The notes beneath the pieces are model-generated. The model was not told the DNA's origin, did not search any database, and was given only the letters and a program-made list of their open reading frames with translations. The position numbers were made by a program, and so were the translations under genes. Shown piece after piece: positions 53,319 through 64,000 of a stretch of 64,000 nt of DNA; position 1 is the first letter of the stretch; the number at the start of each line of letters is the position of its first letter. This DNA comes from Octopus vulgaris (lineage: Eukaryota), in the NCBI GenBank assembly GCA_951406725.2, contig OX597816.1, positions 41,478,001 through 41,542,000 on the forward strand, read 5' to 3'.

Positions 53319-53788
53319 AGAGAGGCAAGTTTTGTCTAGCGAATGTTTTAAAAAAAGATGGGTGAATGTAGCAAGAATGGCACGTATGAATGACGAAGCC
53401 ACCTTGAGCATGATCCTATGAACCCAGAAATTGAAAACAGAGAGTTGCTTATTTGCAAAAAAAAAAAAAAAGAAATATAACATGTGACTCCATTGACCGA
53501 GGTTACCGTGGTCTTTTCCGTAGGCTTTTCTTTCCACGGGTAAACCTCACCTGTCCTCCCCTTTATACTTCATATTGACATTTCTGTGATAACGATCCCT
53601 ATTGATCAATTTTTTTTTCCTCTCCCCCTTTTTTAACCCCCTTTTTTTGTCCTCTTTCTCTCCTTTTACGATCCCTTTTGATCGAAACTCCCCCTTCCTT
53701 TCTTTTTTTTTTTAAACCTTCAAAAGAAAAGCTCTACCTTGTAATTTGTTCTATCTGTGTGCAGCCCTGTGTGGCTAATAAAGAAACA
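53317..53788 (+). mobile_element. 5'-truncated L1/Tx1-like LINE 3' end inside (TATC)n
   Basis: ORF tail LERQVLSSECFKKRWVNVARMARMNDEATLSMIL*, pyrimidine-rich 3'UTR, aataaa; (TATC)n at 53233-53316 and 53789-54040. Confidence 0.7.
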
Positions 53789-53848
<60 letters not shown>

Positions 53849-53867
53849 ATCTATCTATCTATCTATA

Positions 53868-53916
<49 letters not shown>

Positions 53917-53942
53917 GTCTGTCTGTCTGTCTGTCCATCAAT

Positions 53943-54004
<62 letters not shown>

Positions 54005-55363
54005 GTCTGTCTATCTGTCTGTCTGTTTGTCTATCTATCTAACTATGTATCAGTATGAATAAGTAATGCATATCTGCATTTGGCACAGCCATGACTTGGA
54101 AAATATTATAACTTAGTAACATATAACTTGCCACAGCGCATCATCTCTGGAATGAGAGTTTGGAAGTTAGAGTTTGTTCGTAAATGTGCATTGATGTGAA
54201 GTGTATTTTGAGGTAGGTAACGTGCAGCACAGTTAAAAAACATACCTCACTGAAACAGAGAAGGAGCCTCCTTGTCCACAAATTGAATCTTTTATATTCT
54301 TAACCCCAATATATATATATATATGTGTGTGTGTGTGTATGTGTGTGTGTGTGCGCGTGCGTGTGTGTGTGTGTTTGTGCCTCTGTGTATGTATTTATGG
54401 CTACCCAGCTGGCTCGATGGATGGATGAGTGACTTGGCGGATCGTTGGCTAGATGGATATATGCATACATATTTTTGTCAGTAGAATATGAATTATTTTA
54501 CCATGTTAAAAGTGAAATTTCAAAGTTAGTTGCGTTTTATTTTTTATGAAACAAGAAACTTCACTTTAGCCTTTTAATATTCAAGGGATTTATCTTAGTG
54601 TTTCCAGATGTCATAAATTGAGCATGATATTATTCGTTATAATATAAGAATGCCAATCTGTCATAATGTATGTGCTTGACGAGACATTCTCGTGACAAGA
54701 TTCAATATAAAATGAATGGAGAAAAAATCGCAGTGGTTATATAACTATACAAGCCTCCGTAGATAAATCATTTAAATGTACAACTACGTTTGATAAATGA
54801 ATCTTACTATGTAAATTCGCTAAATAAGGAGGAAATATAGAAAAACAAACAACTGACATAATATATAAAACCCATTTCATAATCACAAGACATATATGAT
54901 AGTTAATGAATTCTGCCTTGAAATATTGTTTAGCTTTCGTATGTGATATCAATGTTATTTTGTTTCCCCAGCAAATTCATATATTGAATGTGATTTTCCA
55001 TTCGCTGTTCTATTTCCGCTTTAATATGTCATTTGTATTCATACTGTAGGTTCTCTCTTCTGTTATAATTATAAGAGAAAGTGAAAATGCTTTCTTAGAA
55101 ACAACAGCTATTAATCATATTCATTTTGCTGGAAATATTTATGTCCCCCTCTTAATCTTCGCATCATTATTTGCGTAATATTCACCCTTTAGATATGCTA
55201 CATGCAATGCAAGCAAATTATACCTATATATATATAGTTCTTGGCAGTTTTACTGAAAACCTGTCTTAGATATTACCTTTTACATAAACACGCTTAAAAT
55301 CACTGAAGCAGTTCTAGGTAATACGCTGCCGCACGGAGGGTTAATGACATAGAAGATAAACAC

Positions 55364-55532
<169 letters not shown>

Positions 55533-55924
55533 CTCCATCACATTTACATCATTCTGTCAAATTGCACTGTATTCTATATACTGACTGCTCCATTATTGTC
55601 ATAGATTGAATAATGGAACGCTGTTTTCTTTTCTTTTCTAATTCTCATTTCAGAATCTTCCTAGAGCACTTGCTAACGCAACGTTGAATAGTGCTGAAAA
55701 TGACAGTATTTTATACATTCAATGCTGCTTGAGTGCTATTTGGTTATCTGCATATAAATATTGTTTCCATTAGCAAGCAAATAGCTTAACAAGAACATGA
55801 ATTTTCTCAGACATGGATGAATGAAAATAATGTATATTAACAACGTACGTTAATCCCTTTTCCGGCATTACTTCAACTATTACTTTCACAAATATTATTC
55901 TCTGTATTATTATTATTAGCATTT

Positions 55925-56210
55925 AGAAAGCAGCAAGCTCACAGAATCGTTAGCACGCTGGAGAAATCGCTTAGCCGCATTTAGTCCGTCTACAAGCTCT
56001 GATTTCAAATTCTACCGAGGTCGACTTTGCCTTTTATGCTTTCGGGATCGAGAAATTAAGTACCAGTGAAACACTGGGGTCGATGTAATCGAATAGACTC
56101 CCCCAAAATTTCAGGCTCTATGCCTTTAGTAGAAATGGTTATTATTATTCGCTAGCACTCCGGGCAAAATGATCTGTGGTATTTCATCCGCCTGTACGTT
56201 CTCGGTGTAA
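55925..56210 (+). mobile_element. Older SINE family A copy plus a short second fragment
   Basis: aattctaccgaggtcgactttgcc..aagtaccagtgaaacactggggtcgatgtaatcga. Confidence 0.8.
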
Positions 56211-56329
56211 ATATCAGTATTTCATCGCTAAAATAAGTACGAATTGAAAACTGCACTACTCGAGTCGTTTAATTCAGAAATGTTACCAGATATTTCCAAG
56301 ACTGAAACAGCACTGTTACAGTGAGTTCG

Positions 56330-57683
56330 ATATAATAAACTCAAAAGAATCAGGGCAAAAATGTATCAAAGTATTCATGATTACATCTGTTAGCGCAAAT
56401 ATTGGCAAAATAGCAATCATACATCCAGCATTAGAAGGAAGATCTTGGTGGGTGCAGAAACTATACCAACACCCGATGATAATTGTCCGGAATTTAGATG
56501 AACCAAATTTCTTCATCACTTTGGTCTGTAATCCCAAAATGGAAATATTCACAAAAGGAACTTTTTCAAAGTCAGACACTGGCTGGCAGACCAGACGTGA
56601 TTGCAATATTTTACTTGTTTCAGTCATTTGACTGCGGACATGCTGGAGCACCGCCTTTAATCGAGCAACTCGACCCCGGCACTTATTCTTTGTAAGCCCA
56701 GTACTTAGTCCATCGGTCTGTTTTGCCAAACCACTAAGTGACGGGGACATAAACACACCAGCATTGGTTGTCAAGCAATGCTAGGGGGACAAACACAGAC
56801 ACACAAATACACACACATATATATATATATATATACATATATACGACGAGTTTCTTTCGGTTTCTGTCTACCAAATCCACTCACAAGGCTTTGGTCGGCG
56901 CGAGGCTATAGTAGAAGACACTTGCCCAAGGTGCCACGCAGTGGCAATGAACCCAGAACCATGTGGTTGGTAAACAAACTACTTACCACACAGTCACTTC
57001 TATCATATTTCCCTAACATGACATTTTGGAGACAAACTTTGTGAGAGAACTTTTATGGTACATGATGGCTACAGAGTTTCTAACGTTTCAAACCCCATTG
57101 TCATATTAATAAAACAAGACACAAAAAAATATAGTTAGATCCAGAACATAATGATAGATTTGTTTATGTAGAACTTACAAATCCACAAACACAAAACTAA
57201 TTCTATTTCAAAATGTCACGAAAGTCATACTACATGGTCCATGTGGGGAAGGTAAATCCAATGGAAAATGCTTAGTTGATGGGAAATGTAAAAAAAAAAC
57301 ATTTCCCAAAAGAATCTCAGGAAAGTATATTATGCAGTTATAATGGCTATCCACTTTAATGATGTTGAAATGATGTATCTGCTTTTACAAAGTCAAATAT
57401 GGAAGCGATTTAATGTAGGGATATGTACATTTGTAAAAATTAGCTAAATATATTAGCAAATACATTTATGAAGATCATGATCAGGTGACTGTCAATGCAT
57501 AAGTTGACAAACAGAAACACAAAAAAGAAATTGAAAGATATATCTATGGCCACTATATATGCTCACCAGAGGCAGTTTGGAGGATTTGGGGCTTCAAATT
57601 AGATAGTACAATCTAACAGCCTACTGTTTATTTACCCCAGCAGCATTACACTTAATTTCATTTTGATGATGATGATGATGATA

Positions 57684-57740
<57 letters not shown>

Positions 57741-59790
57741 GTATTGGTGGTGGTGGTGGTGGTGGTAGTTAACACATTAATTAGTTCACCTTCACTGAAT
57801 TCACCAGTTAAGTCACTTGCACGTTTCCCTAAATTACGCACACGGAATAATACTGCATAAATGTGGCATCTAAGAAAACATAATACACACGCAATTGAGT
57901 CTATCTACTTTGTTTCAGGAAAGAACAGTACCATTCTGAGAGCTTTATTGCATCATAGTCCTGGAGCTACATCATTTGAAGATATGACAGCTTTTAGTGG
58001 TGTAGTTGGCTACACTTACAAAAAAAATTCAATAAATCTGGGTTTAGCATATGATGAGCGTGAATGTTATCAAACTATGCCGTTTGAAACAGCAGCTCCA
58101 TTTAAACTCCAAAGATATTACTGCTCTGACAAACAATTTCCATCATTTGTAAAGCAACTTTCAGAAAATCAAATGCCTGCTTTAGAAGTGGAATGTATCT
58201 GAGATAGCATTCTACAACATACATTACAAAAAAAATTACATTATCATAGGAGAAAATAGTCCAGCATTAAACAATACCTTCCCTCAAAGATGAGAACACC
58301 AAACAGGAATATTATCAACATCCATACAGGGAACGCATTCATTTTGCAAGATCTCAGAATTTTTCCACAGAATGAACCAAGCAGTTGCTTTAATGATAAG
58401 GTCAACAAACGGAATTGTGAACAGCTGTTAGCATTTCAGATCATTAAAAGGTAATTCACAATCCAAACGCAGATATTCAGTCACAAGTGTCTCACTTCTA
58501 AAACTTTGCTTATTGTTGGGCCGAGTAGATTAGCTCTCCAAATGTTCACAGAAACTAGAAGATTGCAATAACAGCTGCATCATCTATTATAGCTGCGAAT
58601 GCTCATTCCACTTTTCCCTAGCCTTCTGTCGAATTACTGGTGCCACCTGTTTTGTATCCTCACAGTGACGAAGAAACATTATTCAGGCTGATGTTATAAT
58701 TTGGGATGTATTACCACATGCCTCACCGTTTCCTACCAGAGATATTGGATAGATTATTAAGAGATGTTACTAAAACAGTTCACCTCAGGCTTGAATATCT
58801 TCGCTTTGGCGAAAAATTAATACCTTTTGGTAGGGATTTTCAACAAATATTAATTGTCATTAAACATGGAGCAGACAACAGATAGTTGGCAGCAGACTTA
58901 CTAAATCATCTTTATGGAAGCATGTACAAAATAAATATTCAGCAGGCCGAAAATATGCGACTATAATTATATGCACAGAATTCAGTCCGAAAACAACGAA
59001 ATTCAGTTCAACTAATTTCTGCTTTCTGTAGGCAATGGTTCTGAAATAGAAGAAGCAAACGGTAGAATTATTATACCCCAGTACTGTAACATTATTCATG
59101 GTTTCAATGGCGTCATTTCCTCGCTTTTCAATAGAAATGTCATACAGGGAGGCATTGCATGTCCTTTTAGCACCCAAAAATATTGAGTTGATGTCATCTA
59201 TAAAAGTATACAGCAACTCTTTCCAGGAGATGACAAGGTTCTCTTTATTGATGATCAATGATTGCATCAGGATGACACTTCGTACTTCACTACAGTGTAC
59301 TTAAATACGCTAAGTATTTGAGGCTTACCGTCACACATATAAAAATTAAACACATACGTAACACTAATTATTCTCTTATTTGCAACTGACCTGAATAATG
59401 GCATTTCTAATACGTACGTCTAAGACATTCAAAGAAATGTCATTGAAGCAAAAATTATCAATGAAGTGCCACATCACAGAAAAAACTGTATTTATTTCAA
59501 GAATTATCATTTCCGCAGTATGTGAAGAGTTATCGTTTACATTAACTAGACAAGAGTTTCCTATTAGATTAGATTAGCGATTGCAATGACAATCAATAAA
59601 TGACAAAGACAAACATTTATAAAACTTGCTTTGTATTTACCAAAGATCAAACTCACACATACTCACGCAATAATATGTTGCTTTCTCTAGAGTATTCACA
59701 GAGCTTCCATTATTGAAAATATATGTATTCCAAACGACAAACATTCCACTAAGAATATTGTTTACAAGGAAGGTCTCGTTCAGAGAGACT
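56330..59790 (+). mobile_element. Decayed Helitron (Rep + Pif1 helicase)
   Basis: QKLYQHPMIIVRNLDEPNFFITLVCNPK; HGPCG..GKCLVDGKCK; NGYP; YICSPEAVWRIWGF; LLHHSPGATSFEDM; ADVIIWD; GRDFQQIL; RQEFPIRL..AMTINK*Q; AFSRV; TKNIVYKE; many stops. Confidence 0.92.
56612..57003 (-). mobile_element. SINE family B nested in the Helitron Rep region
   Basis: Reverse complement of the family B consensus. Confidence 0.92.
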
Positions 59791-60239
59791 TCTGGCAATG
59801 GAACCAACAATACAGATTTCAGTCATACTCGGCACCAAACAGCATTTATCTACACATCAAACTTGGGATCATTTACACACGAATTACAAAATATGAAAAC
59901 AACCAAACAATCATTGAAACAGCGTGGAAAGAATTTAAAATTTGAAAGTAGTTCACTTTATTGTTAGCTGTTATAAGGCACTTTGAACTATGTAATATTC
60001 GAGAATATTAAAATATAAACCCCTCTTTACAGGCCATTCTTTCATTCATTCTTTTTTCCCAACTGGGATAACCGTATGTACCTATGTCCCTCTTAAGTTC
60101 TTCCCTCTTCCTTTTTTGGCATTTCTTTCCTAACTGAAATAATATTTATTTCCTCTAAAGCAAGACACTTATCTTTATTCTCCACTCAAGCCGTATTTCT
60201 TGAAAGTTTCTTGTGCTGGGGCAATGTAAAAAACATTGG

Positions 60240-60515
60240 TATTAGTTCCATGTTAAATGCACCCAGCCCGTTTTATAAAGTGATTGGCACTAGGAGGAAC
60301 ATCCAGCCTAAGAAACAATGCTACCATGCTAGTGCCACATCAACAATTATCATAGTGCATTCTACAAAGTGACTGTTATTAGGAAGGTCATCCAATCACA
60401 AACGCCATGCCAATTCATACATTAGAGCATGATGTAATCTTCTCTGTTGCCAGCTCCTATCAAACTATTCATTCTATACCAGCACAGACAACAGACGTTA
60501 AATGATGATAATGAC
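60240..60515 (+). mobile_element. Decayed SINE/LINE with RTE-type 3' end
   Basis: aggaggaacatccagcc / aggaaggtcatccaatc repeats; ends ccagcacagacaacagacgttaaatgatgataatga. Confidence 0.5.
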
Positions 60516-61263
60516 GGACTTCAATTGAGGATATATAAATTACATAATCAATAATGAAATCATACTGATGCAATAACTATCTTAATATGATCAACCCCAT
60601 AAAAACAAAAAAAAAGACATTCAACAGAAACATGACAAACAGTAATGATATGCAACAATATATACAAAAACAAATATTCATCCAGGAACATATATAAATA
60701 TATATATATATTTTACTTCACGTTCAGTAACTATTTCAAATTTAACAGTTTCTTTCAAAATTAATATTGCTTCATTTACGTTCATTAACACTTTCAGATA
60801 GTGAATAAATGTTTATCCAATAACTGAAAGAACAAACAATACAAATACATCAGAACCATTATGAAGTTACAAGACGTGCAGAGCATCATTTGTAGGATTT
60901 TCCTATGACATGCACATGATGGACTCACCAAAATGTCTGGAATAACCTGGAGATTATACCTTAATCTAAGTATACCCACGCTTAACATGTAATAGATGCA
61001 CTAACAATATACATCAAAAATATACTCAGTAAAAATGTCCAGTATACTTGAATAATGCACATAGCATTCCTTTCAATATTAGCTAAATATCCCTTAAACC
61101 ACACCCAACGTTTCAAACAGATACTCTACTTATACTATCGTTCTTTGAACCTGCAAGCCAAATGTATATTTACGTATATACACTATAAAAATATATGACA
61201 GAAAGATATGTTGTCGTAAAAATAGCGTGTCTGTGTTGGTATATATATATACATATATATATA

Positions 61264-61295
<32 letters not shown>

Positions 61296-61368
61296 CATGT
61301 ATATGTATATGCATATATATATGTGTGTGTGTGTATCTATGTATATATATATGTATGTGTACGTATAT

Positions 61369-61462
<94 letters not shown>

Positions 61463-61779
61463 AAGATAGATAGATATACAGACAGGCATGTGCTGGAAGT
61501 CAACTCGTGACCGAATAAATCTATTTCCTGAAGTGTAAGTGAACTTATTCTGTGCAAACGTTTCAAGAATGCTAAACATTTCCCTGCGGGCATTTGTTTT
61601 GAGTAAGCAAATTTCACTCAGCAAGTGCACTCATTCTTCGGACCAATCGCCTTTAAAACCAAGGTCACAAGAGAAGTTGTGATGTCCACTCTCCTTCTAC
61701 ACTTCCATTTTTTTTCAAATACGAAATTACCTTTTCCGAGATGGACGTTCTAACACGAACTAGGAGTTCACTCCAATTG

Positions 61780-62280
61780 GGGCAGGTAGTCAACAAAGGC
61801 ATCCAATTACCGGATGACCAGACATTAAAATCATTGAAAGGATAAGAAAGTTATAAGTATCTAGGTGTTTTGGAATCTGACAAACTATTAACTATAGAAA
61901 TGAAAACGAAAATTGAGAAGGAGTACATCAGAAGTGTGAGAATGCTAATGAAGTCGAAGCTAAATCAATCTAGTGAAGGCTGTAAATACTTGGGCAGTAT
62001 CATTACTTAGATAATCAGCAGCTTTTGCACATTGGGGGAAAAACTGAGTTAGGAAAGCTAGACAGGGGAATTAGGAAGGGATTCGATATAAATGGAGGAT
62101 TCCACACATGAACATGAGCAGCATGATTATATGTACCTAGGAAGGAAGGCAGAAGAAGATATTAGCTAGAGTAGATATGGACCTCTACGTAGGTAATAGC
62201 GAAGAAAGTTTATTAAAAGCTGCTAGAGTCATAGCAAAGCATATGTAGGGAAACCAAAGACTCAAACGAAGTAAAAAAAA
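61780..62280 (+). mobile_element. R4/Dong-type RT/thumb fragment (same subfamily as 48930-49505)
   Basis: YKYLGVLESDK..EKEYIRSVRMLMKSKLN..NLVKAVNTWAVS; shares gtaaatacttgggcagtatcattac with the 49.1 kb copy. Confidence 0.85.
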
Positions 62281-62289
62281 ACAAAAATG

Positions 62290-64000
62290 ATGACAACTAT
62301 TTCAAACCCAAATAACGGTATGAGTGGGAAGACTCACATGGATGCTCAGAACAGCAGATCTCTCGCGCCCTCAGAGGGTAATGGAGTGGAAAACCAAACT
62401 CTACACAGTTGTAGTCCATTTACTGGCCAAAATATGCAACGTGATCGCAACGCAAGTGGTTTGCTGACATGAACAAAAAGGCAATTAAGTGTTATGAAGA
62501 TGTCTTGCTAGACAAGAACACTGGCAAATGTAAAATTGACGGAAAAAAGATCATTAGAATTTTGGAACCAGTTTGGTATGTTCCAGATTACTAAATATGG
62601 GCTCATGAATCAGATATGAATAATTCGGCTGTCTTAATGAAGCCCAGATTCAGACAATCAAGAAAACCCTCCGTATTGATGATAACACAGAGGTGGATAA
62701 CGTAGGTGAAGATCAGTGTATGCGTAGGCAAAGTGAAGTTGTAGTAGAGGAGAGGCCAGGCAATGAATATAATGTACAAAACACGATATTACAGAGGATA
62801 TGACTGAGGAGTAAAGAAACAGGGTAAAAGTCGAAGATATAATAGTTACAAGGACGGAGACCAAGCTGATGAAGTTGTGAAGCTTCGACCCAAAAGGCTG
62901 AGGAAATTCTGCAATACGTTCTGACAAAGGATCTAACAGAAACAAGGGACTGGATCAGATTCGCTTCAATTTTTGCAGATGAAATATCGGCCAAAGGGTA
63001 ATGTAGTTGGCAATTAACGATCCATTGCTTTCTTAACTTGTTATAGAAAGCGTCATCAGGCATCCTCGCAGGGAAAATATATACGTTTCTTGCGGAAAAC
63101 AGTCTACCTTCAGTAGAATAAGAGATATGCCGAAAAGGACCACATTGTGATAGACAAGGTTGTAATGGAGAACTGCAAACGGTACCGAAAAATATTTGTG
63201 CACGGTCTAGATAGACTATAAAAGAGTTTCGACTTTGCTGCATCCATGGATAGATTTTGAAAATTCTAGACATTTGTGGAATAACTGAGAACGTATGTGC
63301 ACCGATTAAGAACAGCATGCCTAGTTAGGATACATGTCTTTTCTTTAACAACCTGCCCTTAGCCGAGGTAACAATCAAAAGAGGTATCTTCTAGGAAGAC
63401 TCTTGTTCATATTAGTTATTTTTTATAGATTTAATCCCATTTTCTGTAGTTCAATGCAAAGTCAATGCGCAATATGAGCTGAGAATGAATGAACCTCGTT
63501 TCAATCACCTTTTCTTCTTGGATGATTTAATACTGTTCGTAAAAACAGAGCCTTAAATTGAGAGGCCGGTTGAGACTGTAGAGATGCAAAGAAAGGATAT
63601 AAGGATAGAATTCAGTATCTCAAAGTGTGCGGTTCTCAAGTTGAAACAGGGGGACAGAGCAGATTGTAAGGGCATAGAATTGATAAAGAGAGAGCGAATG
63701 GAAGACCGGTACAGGTACCCTGAGATACTGAAGCTAAACAATATCTTGCACTGAGAAATGATGGACAAGATCATCACTGCGTATTTCAAGCACCTCACAC
63801 ATCTCTTGAAATCAAATCTCAACTCAAGGCACCTTGCGTCTGCCATCAACATATGAGATGTTACTGTAGTCCATTATGGTGCACCCATCCTGAAATGGAC
63901 ACGAGCGGAGATTAAGCAACTCGATCACGCTACCCGAAATACAATGACAATCCATGGTGCCTCCAACCTTAAGGCGAACGCACAAAAGGTCTACACGAAT
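62290..64000 (+). mobile_element. R4/Dong-type RT region of another subfamily, running off the window
   Basis: N*RSIAFLNLL*K; IKRGIF*EDS; NHLFFLDDLILF; DIRIEFSISKCAVL; LLKSNLNSRHLASAINI; LKWTRAEIKQLD. Confidence 0.88.

Overview
AT-rich, repeat-saturated animal genomic DNA (intergenic or deep intronic). The SINE families and microsatellite load suggest an octopus/coleoid cephalopod; this is an inference from recognition, not a search. No intact host protein-coding gene is supportable, and most listed ORFs are microsatellite artefacts. The window holds decayed R4/Dong-type LINE pieces tied to (TAA)n, L1/Tx1 and RTE fragments, two mariner and two Tc1 relics, a ~3.5 kb decayed Helitron (Rep + Pif1), three tRNA-derived SINE families and a 20-bp minisatellite. 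The most notable signal is a set of short, non-coding, mutually unrelated elements between 12.5 and 25.1 kb. Most sit in (TA)n tracts as head-to-head inverted pairs, and each carries an intact or decayed type I hammerhead ribozyme with a palindromic stem III. One is a 559-bp unit present 1.46 times in tandem plus an inverted copy. They look like Penelope-like pseudo-LTR or retrozyme-type insertions.
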